DNA of 64,000 nt, from positions 581,818-645,817 of the forward strand of contig JAZKCZ010000002.1 of NCBI GenBank assembly GCA_040387835.1. The letters run 5' to 3'. Each line of letters opens with the position of its first letter. Position 1 is the first letter of the stretch. This stretch comes from Myxococcota bacterium (GTDB taxonomy: Bacteria > Myxococcota > UBA727 > JABDBI01). The notes below the pieces were generated by a model, which was given only the letters and a program-made list of their open reading frames with translations, did not search any database and was not told the DNA's origin. A program made the position numbers and the translations under genes. Below, one piece after another: positions 48,257-58,293 of the stretch.

Positions 48257-48584
48257 GCAACCGTGTAGAGCAAAGAGCTTGCCGCGGCACCTAACGCGCC
48301 GTACTTAAATACAGTCAACGTGTCATGGTCTCCTGCGTCTCGCATATAAATTTTGCGAGTCAAAACCATAAAAGCAGGAATCACTGGCGAAAAATAAGCC
48401 AAGGTCTGCCCGCAAGAGATCCAAGCAGGCACCCAACGTTTGGGCTGAGGTTCCCGGAGGCACCGCACAACCAGGGTAGTATTATCAGCCAAAACGGCAA
48501 TACAAAGCAAAAAAACAAGAAAAAAGGCGTGCATTGAGCACGTAACACTCGAAAGTGCACATGCCTTTCCGCGCACCTCACATA

Positions 48585-49691
48585 TTAGACATTAAATTTA
48601 AAATGCATCACATCGCCGTCTCTAACGACATACTCTTTACCTTCGAGTTTAATAGCGCCGGCTGAGCGACAACCCGATTCGCCTTGATGCTTAACGAAAT
48701 CTTCCCACCAAATGACATCTGCTTTAATAAAGCCTCGTTCGAAGTCGGAATGGATCACGCCTGCTGCCCCTGGGGCCTTACAACCTACAGGAATCGTCCA
48801 TGCGCGAACCTCTTTTACCCCTGCAGTTAAATAAGTTTGTAGATTTAAAAGTTTAAACGCTGCTTTAATAATGCGATCCAGCCCGGAAGTTTCGAGCCCA
48901 AGTTCTTTAAGAAAATCGCTACGTTCATCGGGCTTGAGATGTGCAAGCTCTTCTTCGATCTTGGCGCAGACAGTGACAACTTGGTCCTTTCTACCAGCGG
49001 CAAAATCCATCAGATTCTTCAAATGCGGATTTTTCTCAGGCGAAAAGCCATCCTCATCCACATTGGCAACAAATAGCGTCGGCTTCGCAGTTAACAGATG
49101 CAAGTCGCGAAATGCGTTTAACAAATCTTCATCTTCGCGATTAAAATCAAAAGTTCTGGCAGGTAAATTATTGTTCAAGTGTGCCAGCAAGTTTTCGCAC
49201 ATAGCGGCAACTTTTTTAGCTACAGGATTTTGGCCCCTCGCGGCTTTGGCCGCCCGATCTAGACCCTTGGTGCAAGAATCCATATCGGCGAGCACCAACT
49301 CCGTTTCAATGGTCTGCAAATCGCGAACTGGGTCAATGATGTTGTCCACATGGATGATATTTTCATCTTCGAAGCATCGCACCACATGGCAGATGGCGTC
49401 CGTTTCACGAATGTGGCTCAGGAATTTGTTGCCAAGCCCTTCGCCCTGACTGGCGCCCTTCACCAAACCAGCAATGTCCACAAACTTCATGCTAGCCGGC
49501 AATATTTTTTCCGGATGTACAACCCCTGCCAGCGCATCAAGCCGATGATCAGGCACATCCACCACGCCAACATTGGGCTCAATGGTGCAAAAAGGATAAT
49601 TTGCAGATTCGGCCTGAGCTGAAGTCAAACAATTAAAAAGCGTACTTTTACCAACGTTGGGCAGGCCAACAATACCACAAGAAAGTGCCAT
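48585..49691 (-). CDS. ychF: redox-regulated ribosome-binding ATPase YchF
   Basis: GIVGLPNVGKSTLFN G1 motif. Coiled-coil insert. C-terminal TGS domain. Confidence 0.9.
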   Translation of the reverse strand: MALSCGIVGLPNVGKSTLFNCLTSAQAESANYPFCTIEPNVGVVDVPDHRLDALAGVVHPEKILPASMKFVDIAGLVKGASQGEGLGNKFLSHIRETDAICHVVRCFEDENIIHVDNIIDPVRDLQTIETELVLADMDSCTKGLDRAAKAARGQNPVAKKVAAMCENLLAHLNNNLPARTFDFNREDEDLLNAFRDLHLLTAKPTLFVANVDEDGFSPEKNPHLKNLMDFAAGRKDQVVTVCAKIEEELAHLKPDERSDFLKELGLETSGLDRIIKAAFKLLNLQTYLTAGVKEVRAWTIPVGCKAPGAAGVIHSDFERGFIKADVIWWEDFVKHQGESGCRSAGAIKLEGKEYVVRDGDVMHFKFNV

Positions 49692-49743
49692 AAGACGGCC
49701 AATCTAATATCAACAACCGCCAAATGCAAACGGGGCCAGTAAC

Positions 49744-50919
49744 CTAGTCTGACAGGCAAACAATCCCATACGACTGTGACGGATCTGTAGGAATCGTGAC
49801 CTGCGGGCTTCCAGCGATGCCGCCGCCAAATGGGCCAATCTCATATCCGACGGAAGTTGAGGTATAAGGATGGGTTGCGTCCGAACTAAATAAAACGTCA
49901 TTCTCATTGAAAAAGCATATGGCGCTGCTAGCCAAACAAGTGCCCGGCAAATTATTGCAACCAAAATATGCGATCGACCCACTAATACCAGCCCCATCAA
50001 CCCCAGGATTTGACCAAGCGTTGAAGCTAATGCTATTAGAAATATAGTTAACATTGCCAAACACCGGCGTGGTTGGATCCTCACAGAACGCTTCAGTGTA
50101 AGGCTCAGGCGGTTGAGATCCTGGGACTTCACCGCTATAAATGTTGTAAGACTGTGATTGACACGTAGAAGGCAACTTGTATGGATCCTGACAGACACAC
50201 CCACCAGAGTTGCAACTAGCTGCCTCTGTACTGCCTCCGATGCCACTCCAAAAAATATTTTTATTCGGTCTAATATATCCATGCCGATCTTCCAGCGTGT
50301 TTGTCGCACTAAAAGGTTGATTAGGTCCCAAATAGTTGGCGACAGCGGAGGCCATAAAGGCATTGACGCGTGTTAGCCCTTCAGGAGAGAGCGACGTATT
50401 GGTCGACGGATTGCCGGTATTGGAAGGCGAATTAACGCCACTATCCGGTTGGGCAACAACAAGTGCTTTCCACTTAGCAACACCTCTAACAGTGGGTTTT
50501 AACGATTGCTGCGCCTGATATAAACACCACTCATCCAAGGATTTATAACCTTTGGCCATAATATTATAGATATAGTCATAGGCAGGATTACAACCACTCC
50601 CGTTGCAGTTCAACGTTGCACCAGGCTGGAGAGGATCTGTTCCAAACCAAATGCGAGAAGTGCCCAGCGACGCGACGCAATTGCCATCCGTACAAGTATA
50701 ACCAGCTGGGCAATCACTATTGCCGGAAGGGGTCGTCGCACCGCATTGTCCATCCAAAATCGCCTGCCAACTCCCGCTAGCAGTACAAAGATGCCCATTG
50801 CCATCGGTTTGACCCGCTATGGTCGCCGTACAAGCTGGTATCGCATCAGCTTGACTGGGCGCTTTCGAGCTGTCACCGCAGGCAATCAAAAACATCAACG
50901 CGAAGAAACTTATTCGCAT
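49744..50919 (-). CDS. Cys-rich secreted lipoprotein (hypothetical)
   Basis: Lipobox MFLIACGD. Multiple C-x-x-G-x-C and Thr/Gly/Ser-rich segments. Overlaps the stop of the upstream giant gene. Confidence 0.55.
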   Translation of the reverse strand: MRISFFALMFLIACGDSSKAPSQADAIPACTATIAGQTDGNGHLCTASGSWQAILDGQCGATTPSGNSDCPAGYTCTDGNCVASLGTSRIWFGTDPLQPGATLNCNGSGCNPAYDYIYNIMAKGYKSLDEWCLYQAQQSLKPTVRGVAKWKALVVAQPDSGVNSPSNTGNPSTNTSLSPEGLTRVNAFMASAVANYLGPNQPFSATNTLEDRHGYIRPNKNIFWSGIGGSTEAASCNSGGCVCQDPYKLPSTCQSQSYNIYSGEVPGSQPPEPYTEAFCEDPTTPVFGNVNYISNSISFNAWSNPGVDGAGISGSIAYFGCNNLPGTCLASSAICFFNENDVLFSSDATHPYTSTSVGYEIGPFGGGIAGSPQVTIPTDPSQSYGIVCLSD

Positions 50920-53900
50920 ATTTTATCGCTCCATAAATGACCTAAAGGGGCCCGATAGCTTTGGGGTTGAGGCTGAAAGGCGCCTTCCACCGCGGTAGTC
51001 CAAACATTGCCCGCAAAATCGAGCGGATAAGTAGTGGGCAACGGCCCGCCGGTAATCTTAGAAGCTGTTACTGGAGCACAGTTGCTGTACGTCGGCGATG
51101 CACAATCGATGAATTCAGCGGTCGTACACTGATTGGCAGAGGCATTTGTATTAAAGGTGATTGTGCCTGAATTATTCACTGTTGCCGTTCCACAAATTCC
51201 GGTCCCCGAACAAAGACCAGTCCCGTCTGACGTATAGGCAATCGTCGGACACATATCCACATAACTAACAGCTAAACCAGGATTCCCCACAGCAGGCGAC
51301 TGACTTGGGCTCGTGTACTGAATAGCAGGCGAAATCGAATTAATCTGGCTCTGCCAATTGGTTCCCCTGTCCCCAAGCCATTCATTAACGCCGGAATTTA
51401 CCAAAGCGAACAGGCCTATATTATCTCTAAAAAGACTATTGCTCAGACTCGAGTTCGTACCTTCATCAAACACGCCCCCTCCGCCTCGATTGAGCCCGGC
51501 GTTACCGATATAAGTATTATTCATTAAGACATTGTTTGTCGAACCAGATGGCTTGGCAAGATAGATTCCGCCCCCGCCATAACTGGCCCGATTGGCAGCA
51601 AGCACGGAGCTCACCACTGTCAAAGTCTGACTATTGGTATAAATACCCCCACCGTTCATGAAGGCTTGGTTGGCGTTGAATTTGGACGCAAATATCTGCA
51701 AGGGCGCACTGCCGGTGGATGCAACCGCACCGCCATTTTGCAACTGACCTATTGGATACGGCCGAATACAATTACCGCCCTGTATCGGACAAGTTAACTC
51801 ATCTGAGCAGGTGCCACCGGCAGCACAAAGCGCGGTGCTTGGAACTTGGCAAGTCTTGCCGGAGCTAGTCGACACACAATTCATCCCGCTTGGGCAATCC
51901 GTGTTGATGTTGCAGGTGTAGGTACAAACACCACCGGCAGCTGGACAAGTCAAACCGAGAGGGCAGCTACCCTCGCTTGTGCAAGTATAGGCGCACGTTC
52001 CGCCACCCGCAGGACAGGTCATGCCGCCCGGGCAACTTCCGTTATTATTGCAAGTATAATAGCAGGTGCCCCCATTAGCAGGGCAGGTCATGCCGTCTGG
52101 ACAACTGCCATCCTTAAGGCATGAGGGGGTAGCAACGCAGACACCTCCTTCGCTCGGGCAATAAGTACCAAAAGGACAATTGTTCCCCCCCGGCGTACAA
52201 ACTGGATTGATTGTGCAATTGCCGCCGCTAGTAGGGCAGGTCATGCCAACCGGGCATGACCCATTGACACACGGTGCGGTACAATCCCCTCCACCTTGAG
52301 GACAGAGCATGCCCGTAGGGCAAGAGCCGCCTGCGCTGCACACAGGCGTACAAGCCCCACCTGCTGCAGGGCAAGTCATCCCAATGGGGCAACTTCCTCC
52401 TGTGTTACAAGCAGGAATACCAAAACATGCCCCTCCTCCCGTCGGACAAATCATGCCTTGAGGGCAACGTGATTGGTTTCCGATACCACACAATGGCCAG
52501 ACATAAGGGACCTTCGAAAATCCATTACCATAAAACACGACCCGCTCGATTGTGCTGGTCGTGCCCGAAGAGGACGTATGACTAATCGCACCACCTTGAG
52601 TACTCGCTGAATTGCGAGAGATATACGAATCTTGAAGCGTCATGACGCCCGCATTTCGAATGGCGCCGCCATCTGCAGCCGTCTGGTTACCAACAATGCG
52701 CAAATTGCGTAAAATGGCATTGGCATTCGAGTTGACCACGACAGCACTGTCCGCACCATTTTGCAGTTGAAATCCATCAATAATTATCGAAACCGTCGGC
52801 GGCGAGGCAGCGCCGGCGGTTCCCAAAAGAAAGGTTGAACCGGTAGAGTTTCCTAGAATGGTGCCACTGAATCCAGCTCTCCCTAACGGCGCCGGATTCG
52901 TCTGTCCCGGTGCTGGAGAAGCAATTAAATTATCCGTGCGGTCGTAGATAGTTTGCTCAGTTCCCGAGAATCCCCCATAAATCGCAATGGGCGTAGTTAG
53001 CGGAATCGGTAGGGTTTCAGCGGTGGTAGAAACACCATTTTCCACCCAGATGCCGTAGCCGCATGGACAAATACTGCCCCGATTATCCTTCCCTGTTGCC
53101 GGCGCAGGCATCCAATAATTTGGGCTGGCCAGCGCGCTGGTCGGGCATGTCTGCGTCGACGTAGGATGAGGAGCAGAAAGAACGGTTAAGGCAGAGGCGA
53201 TTGAGCCAACAGTATTGTTAAAATTTTCACCCGTGCCACTGCTACCGTAATCGACAAAGGCGGCACAAACTTCGGTACAATGATTACTACAATGGCCTGG
53301 CTGGCCATTTCCTTTACACGAGTTTGTTTGAGCGCAATTTGTATCCGGCGTGCCATTTGCTTTAAGCGGAACACAAAGTGTAGCACCCGTTGGACACCCC
53401 CAACCATTAGGGCAGTTAGGGCAGGTTTTCCCTATGGTACCCTCATCGCAAGTCTCACCCGAACCAACATAACCATCACCACAATGCGAACTTTGGCAAA
53501 ACCCGCCTATACATGAAAAGCTATCTGGGCAAGGTACTGTGCTACTACAAGCGGAATGTGTACACGCACCAGAGACACAACTACTCCCCGTTGGGCAAAG
53601 GACAGAAGCACCGCAAGCCTGGGGCTTTTGGCATTGGTTCTTCTCGCACGTCTCCCCGGAAGGGCAGTTTGCGTCAACACAGGCGAGCTCGCATCTACCC
53701 TCGAAACAAGTATAGTTTCCCTCGGTAGGACAATCGCTCTGCTGACTACACCCTGCAAATCTGCATGTCCCTTGTGGAGGGTTGTTACCCGCCAAGCAAG
53801 TTAGGCCCGCGGGGCAAGTGGATGACGTTGTACTACAACTGATCTCACAAATATTTACCAGACTGGATTGGGCTTCAACGCTCGAACAGGTGCCAGTAAC

Positions 53901-54620
53901 CGAACCTGCAAAATCGCAGGACACTTGTCCGATTGAACAAGTTTTCTCGCACGTTCCGATCGAGTTAACACTGTTTTTGGGCACATAGCAGGTTGCTGAT
54001 TGATTGGAGCATACCACACCATTGCCGCATGATGGCTTACAAGTACCACTCACCTGACTACAAGCAAAATTAATCGTAACAGTTTGACCTGCCTGCAGGT
54101 AAGAAATAGGCGTTGAGCAGTTATCATCCGAGGTACACGGAATATCACAAGTCCCGCTGACCAAATCGCTTGTCAACTGCTGACCTTGAAATTGGCCGGA
54201 ACAACCGTCAGTGCTGGAAAACTTGCATAAGCCGCTGGATTCACTGAAATTATTAGGGCAAGTTGATTGGAAGGGAACGATGCAATAGCCTTGTGTTGAG
54301 CACACAGCGCCAGCAACAGAACGGCAAATTTCTCCTTCGGAAAGATTGCAATTATTCTCGCAAGCACCTGAGATAGGATTGCAAACGAAATTATTGGCAC
54401 AGCTTCCGCTTGAAGGACAAGAATGAAAACACTGACCAGCTTTAGAGCCTGCAGGAAAGTTCAAATCGCATGTCTCGCCAGAGGGGCACGCATCCCCAGG
54501 ATTACACGGGGCATTAGACGCTCCTGGCCCACCTGCAGCAGGCGGAGGAGACGCAGTTTTGCTGCACGCAAGGGCCAATAAAACCAAGAAGATCGAAAAT
54601 CGGAATCCCTTAAAACGCAT
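50910..54620 (-). CDS. very large Cys-rich repeat plus parallel beta-helix lipoprotein (start at the Met at 54620; ORF extends to 54734)
   Basis: Lipobox LLALACS. About 25 tandem C-P-x-G-M-x-C-P-x-x-G-G-x-C units. A central NosD/pectate-lyase-like beta-helix segment (GGAIRNAGVMTLQDSYISRNSASTQGGAI). Confidence 0.7.
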   Translation of the reverse strand: MRFKGFRFSIFLVLLALACSKTASPPPAAGGPGASNAPCNPGDACPSGETCDLNFPAGSKAGQCFHSCPSSGSCANNFVCNPISGACENNCNLSEGEICRSVAGAVCSTQGYCIVPFQSTCPNNFSESSGLCKFSSTDGCSGQFQGQQLTSDLVSGTCDIPCTSDDNCSTPISYLQAGQTVTINFACSQVSGTCKPSCGNGVVCSNQSATCYVPKNSVNSIGTCEKTCSIGQVSCDFAGSVTGTCSSVEAQSSLVNICEISCSTTSSTCPAGLTCLAGNNPPQGTCRFAGCSQQSDCPTEGNYTCFEGRCELACVDANCPSGETCEKNQCQKPQACGASVLCPTGSSCVSGACTHSACSSTVPCPDSFSCIGGFCQSSHCGDGYVGSGETCDEGTIGKTCPNCPNGWGCPTGATLCVPLKANGTPDTNCAQTNSCKGNGQPGHCSNHCTEVCAAFVDYGSSGTGENFNNTVGSIASALTVLSAPHPTSTQTCPTSALASPNYWMPAPATGKDNRGSICPCGYGIWVENGVSTTAETLPIPLTTPIAIYGGFSGTEQTIYDRTDNLIASPAPGQTNPAPLGRAGFSGTILGNSTGSTFLLGTAGAASPPTVSIIIDGFQLQNGADSAVVVNSNANAILRNLRIVGNQTAADGGAIRNAGVMTLQDSYISRNSASTQGGAISHTSSSGTTSTIERVVFYGNGFSKVPYVWPLCGIGNQSRCPQGMICPTGGGACFGIPACNTGGSCPIGMTCPAAGGACTPVCSAGGSCPTGMLCPQGGGDCTAPCVNGSCPVGMTCPTSGGNCTINPVCTPGGNNCPFGTYCPSEGGVCVATPSCLKDGSCPDGMTCPANGGTCYYTCNNNGSCPGGMTCPAGGGTCAYTCTSEGSCPLGLTCPAAGGVCTYTCNINTDCPSGMNCVSTSSGKTCQVPSTALCAAGGTCSDELTCPIQGGNCIRPYPIGQLQNGGAVASTGSAPLQIFASKFNANQAFMNGGGIYTNSQTLTVVSSVLAANRASYGGGGIYLAKPSGSTNNVLMNNTYIGNAGLNRGGGGVFDEGTNSSLSNSLFRDNIGLFALVNSGVNEWLGDRGTNWQSQINSISPAIQYTSPSQSPAVGNPGLAVSYVDMCPTIAYTSDGTGLCSGTGICGTATVNNSGTITFNTNASANQCTTAEFIDCASPTYSNCAPVTASKITGGPLPTTYPLDFAGNVWTTAVEGAFQPQPQSYRAPLGHLWSDKICE

Positions 54621-54688
54621 AATACTAGGGTAATAGAGGTGCGTGCCGCAATTCAACTCGATCGCCCCTTCAGGCCGAAGAATTTTAT

Positions 54689-54718
54689 TGTCATCCCGGG
54701 TCGATGCCTGGGATGACA
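54689..54718 (-). terminator. hairpin (9-bp stem, 12-nt loop) followed by a U-rich tract, downstream of 54722..55105
   Basis: tgtcatccc gggtcgatgcct gggatgaca. On the minus-strand RNA it is followed by AUAAAAUUCUU. Confidence 0.45.
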
Positions 54719-54721
54719 GGG

Positions 54722-55105
54722 TTAGCAGCAGCAAAAGCCCGATGTGCTTACTTGGTAGTATCCACCGCTTGGACGTGAGTGGTATCTGTAACCATCACGA
54801 GGTCCCCTATCTTCACCGTAGTAGCGATTCCTCTCGCGAGTGTATCCGTTCCAGTCTGGGCCTGCATCGTAGGTGTCATTGGAGTACCCACCGCCTACAA
54901 CGACGCTGCCGCCGCCGCCATGACGTGATGGGCCTGGGTTACCGATGGTGGCGCCAACGCCTGCATCCAGCACGATGGGGGTCGAAACGATGTCTGCTCT
55001 CACAGCTGCGTTATCATTGACAACTTCAGCGGAACCGCCGGCTTCAACATTGATGGCCGCGTTGACGTTTAGAGCATGAAAGCTATTATTAACGGGTGAT
55101 GGCAT
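54722..55105 (-). CDS. small Gly-rich protein ending in CCC (hypothetical)
   Basis: AGGAGAT RBS 7 nt upstream of the ATG. 127 aa. The C-terminus is ...YQVSTSGFCCC. Confidence 0.45.
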   Translation of the reverse strand: MPSPVNNSFHALNVNAAINVEAGGSAEVVNDNAAVRADIVSTPIVLDAGVGATIGNPGPSRHGGGGSVVVGGGYSNDTYDAGPDWNGYTRERNRYYGEDRGPRDGYRYHSRPSGGYYQVSTSGFCCC

Positions 55106-55144
55106 ATGAATATCTCCTGAGGAGGTTGATATCCACGTGTCGCC

Positions 55145-55600
55145 TTATTTGGCTTCCAAAGCCTCTATCTTTTTCAAGCGCTTCACATGCCGCGCTTCGT
55201 TGGAGAAGGTGGCGCTCAAAAATTGATCCACCAGATCTTTGGCCAAGGCATCCCCTACAATGCGTGCACCAAGAACCAAAACGTTCATGTCATCATGCTC
55301 AACACCTTGATGGGCTGAGTAAGTGTCATGGCAGACAGCGGCCCGGATGCCCTTGATCTTATTAGCAGCAATGCTCGCACCAACGCCACTGCCGCAGAGC
55401 AGGATTCCTCGAGTTGCTTGCCCGGAGACAACCGACAATGCTAATGCCTCTGCAAAATCCGGATAATCCACAGGCGCCGTGCTGTCAGTGCCTAGATCGA
55501 TTAAATCGAAATGCTGCGCCAAATGCGCATTCAAAATCTCTTTTAAAGCAAAACCTGCGTGATCAGACGCGATGGCTATTTTTTTCAACTTGCTCATGGG
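55145..55600 (-). CDS. rpiB: ribose-5-phosphate isomerase B
   Basis: From the Met at 55600: MSKLKKIAIASDHAGFALKE...LCGSGVGASIAANKIKGIRAA. Confidence 0.8.
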   Translation of the reverse strand, partial: PMSKLKKIAIASDHAGFALKEILNAHLAQHFDLIDLGTDSTAPVDYPDFAEALALSVVSGQATRGILLCGSGVGASIAANKIKGIRAAVCHDTYSAHQGVEHDDMNVLVLGARIVGDALAKDLVDQFLSATFSNEARHVKRLKKIEALEAK

Positions 55601-57569
55601 CTGCTTTCCTAATGTTTTGTGCCGTAAAGCCAAAGTGCTCGAACAGTTTTTCCGCTGGTGCCGACTGGCCAAACTCACGCATGCCTATGATCGCGCCGTC
55701 CATACCGACGTATCGCTCCCAGCCTAAAGTGCTGCCAGCTTCAACCGCAACACGCGCCCTAACACCAGCTGGCAAAACCGACTCTTGATAAGCTGCAGGC
55801 TGGCGAGCAAATAACTCCCAAGACGGCATACTAACCACAGACGCTGAGATTCCGTCTTGCTCAAGCAGCTTATGCGCCTCAACGCAAAGCGAAACTTCGC
55901 TCCCGGTCGCAATCAAAATGACCTGCGGTGTCTTGGAAGATTTCGTTAAAACATAAGCTCCTTGCGAAACACCTTTTGCGGGCGCCAGCATCGATCGATC
56001 GAAAGTCGGAAGGTTTTGACGGGTCAGCACCAATGCCGCCGGGCCCGACTGATTCATCAATACCCGCCAGCATTCCGTAACTTCGTTGGCATCCGCGGGT
56101 CTAAAGGTCATAAAATTCGGCGTTGCCCTTAAACTCATCAACTGCTCAATCGGCTGATGGGTTGGACCATCTTCACCAAGCCCAATGGAGTCATGAGTGA
56201 AAATATAAATCGCACCCGTGTGCATGAGCGCCGATAGCCTCAAACTTGGCTTCAAATAATCGCAGAAATTGAAAAAAGTCGCTCCATAGGCACGCATTTT
56301 CGACAGCGACATGCCGTTAATCATTGACGCCATGCCATGTTCTCTGATCCCAAAATGCATATTGCGCGCGCCCAAACTTTGCGCTTCAAACGAAGGCTCA
56401 CCATCAATCAAAGTCTTGGTCGAAGGTGCCAAATCTGCGGAGCCACCCATCAGCCAGGGCACTTTCTTCGCAATGGCATTGAGCACTTTTGACGAAGCGA
56501 TACGACCTGCCATGCCTTTAGCGTCTGTTTGGAAAACAGGAAGCTCAGCGTCCCACTGATCAGGCAGTGTGCCAGCTTCCATCTGCAATAGTTGCTCAGC
56601 AAGCTCAGGAAACTCACGCTGGTATTTTTGGAATCGCTCGTTCCAGTCAGCGAACAGTTGCGCACCGCGTTTGCCAATGCCATTTTGGAAATCTTCCAAA
56701 ACGCCTTCGGGAACTAAGAACTTCGCTTCTTCACCCCAGCCATAAAACTTCTTGGTAAGCGCCACTTCTTTGGCGCCGAGCGCTTCTCCATGTGCAGAAG
56801 CTGTGTTTTGCTTATTGGGAGAGCCATAACCAATTTGGCTGTCCAAAATAATCAAACAAGGTTTGGATTTCATCTGCGCAACCATTAAAGCGCCTTCGAT
56901 CGCCCCTAGGTCGTTAGCGTCAGTAACGTGCTCGACCGCCCAGCCATAGGCCTCAAAGCGAGCAGCTACGTTTTCACCAAAGGCCAAATCGGTTTTGCCT
57001 TCAATGGTGATGTGATTGTTATCGTAAATCCAACACAGGTTGGGCAGTTGCAGATGGCCAGCGAGCGACGCCGCTTCAGAGCTGATACCCTCCATCATGC
57101 AACCATCGCCGCAAACAGCAAACACGCGATGGTTAATCAGCTCGTGGCCCGGGCGATTAAAATATTTGGCCTGCCAAGCACCAGCAATGGCCATCCCCAC
57201 GCTCATGCCCAAACCCTGTCCTAACGGACCCGTGGTGCATTCGATGCCAGGCGCATGTCCAAATTCTGGATGCCCCGCGCACTTGCTGCCAAGCTGTCTA
57301 AAATTCTTAATGTCATCTAAAGTCACGCTGTCTTTGACCTGAGCCAAATACAGCATTGAATAGAGCAGCATCGAAGCATGGCCGTTGGACAAAACAAAAC
57401 GGTCGCGGTCAAACCACTCAGGATTTTTAGGGTCATAACGCAAGATTTTCTGCCAAAGCGTGTATGCCAGCGGCGCCAAAGCCATCGGTGTACCCGGATG
57501 CCCAGAGTTGGCAGCTTCCACAGCGTCCATCGATAAAGTGCGAATCGTATTAATGCTTGTTTGACTCAT
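55563..57569 (-). CDS. tkt: transketolase
   Basis: SGHPGTPMALAPLAYTLW TPP-binding motif and GDGCMMEGIS. About 668 aa. Confidence 0.9.
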   Translation of the reverse strand: MSQTSINTIRTLSMDAVEAANSGHPGTPMALAPLAYTLWQKILRYDPKNPEWFDRDRFVLSNGHASMLLYSMLYLAQVKDSVTLDDIKNFRQLGSKCAGHPEFGHAPGIECTTGPLGQGLGMSVGMAIAGAWQAKYFNRPGHELINHRVFAVCGDGCMMEGISSEAASLAGHLQLPNLCWIYDNNHITIEGKTDLAFGENVAARFEAYGWAVEHVTDANDLGAIEGALMVAQMKSKPCLIILDSQIGYGSPNKQNTASAHGEALGAKEVALTKKFYGWGEEAKFLVPEGVLEDFQNGIGKRGAQLFADWNERFQKYQREFPELAEQLLQMEAGTLPDQWDAELPVFQTDAKGMAGRIASSKVLNAIAKKVPWLMGGSADLAPSTKTLIDGEPSFEAQSLGARNMHFGIREHGMASMINGMSLSKMRAYGATFFNFCDYLKPSLRLSALMHTGAIYIFTHDSIGLGEDGPTHQPIEQLMSLRATPNFMTFRPADANEVTECWRVLMNQSGPAALVLTRQNLPTFDRSMLAPAKGVSQGAYVLTKSSKTPQVILIATGSEVSLCVEAHKLLEQDGISASVVSMPSWELFARQPAAYQESVLPAGVRARVAVEAGSTLGWERYVGMDGAIIGMREFGQSAPAEKLFEHFGFTAQNIRKAAHEQVEKNSHRV

Positions 57570-57596
57570 CATCGTTTTCATCCTAACCAATAACGC

Positions 57597-58283
57597 ATGC
57601 CTATCACTTTAGCCATTGATATTGGAGGCACGGGCATCAAGATGATGAAGATTGATGCCCGTGACAAACCCGCCAGCGACCGCATCAAACAACTCACCCC
57701 AAGACCAGCAACGCCCCAGGCCATCCTCGAATGTATCAACTCCATGCTTGCGCAACAAGGGAATTTTGACCGCCTTTCCGTAGGTTTTCCAGGCGTGGTG
57801 CTGCATGGCCACGTTAAAACAGCCCCGAACTTAGACGGCGAATGGGTTGATTTTCCCCTTGAGCAAGAACTTCACAAGCTCACCCACAAGCCAGTCAAGG
57901 TCGCTAACGATGCAGATATTCAGGGCTTTGGTCTAATCAGCGGCCAAGGTACTGAAATGGTCATCACCCTAGGCACCGGCATGGGTGCGGCGCTTTTTAT
58001 CGACGGCAAATTGGTGCCAAATTTGGAACTCGGTCACCACCCGTTTAAAAACGATAAAACCTACGAGCAGCTTTTGGGCAAGAAGGCTTTGGAAAAACAC
58101 GGTGATGAGAAATGGAACGAGCATGTGCAAGAAGCCATCGATTTGATGCGGCGAATTTTCAACTTTGACAGGCTTTATATCGGCGGCGGGCATGTGAAGA
58201 ATATTACTTTTACGCCGGGCAAAGACGTGATTTTAGCAAAAAATATTGCAGGATTGTTGGGTGGCTTGAAGTTGTGGCGTTAG
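57597..58283 (+). CDS. ppgK: polyphosphate glucokinase / ROK-family sugar kinase
   Basis: LAIDIGGTGIK N-terminal motif typical of PPGK. 228 aa. Confidence 0.65.
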   Translation: MPITLAIDIGGTGIKMMKIDARDKPASDRIKQLTPRPATPQAILECINSMLAQQGNFDRLSVGFPGVVLHGHVKTAPNLDGEWVDFPLEQELHKLTHKPVKVANDADIQGFGLISGQGTEMVITLGTGMGAALFIDGKLVPNLELGHHPFKNDKTYEQLLGKKALEKHGDEKWNEHVQEAIDLMRRIFNFDRLYIGGGHVKNITFTPGKDVILAKNIAGLLGGLKLWR

Positions 58284-58293
58284 GGGGTAAGTA

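Noticed and set aside
48187-48576. Minus-strand 129-aa ORF with hydrophobic N-terminus (MHAFFLVFLLCIAV)
   Set aside because: It overlaps the 3' end of the 47162..48256 membrane protein gene by 70 nt and has a low-complexity Cys tail. It could be real but support is too weak to call.
50910-54620. Regular DNA-level repeats in 51900-52500, considered as a possible CRISPR array
   Set aside because: The repeats are in-frame coding units (CPxGMxCPxxGGxC) of a long ORF. They have no constant repeat/variable spacer architecture and no cas genes.
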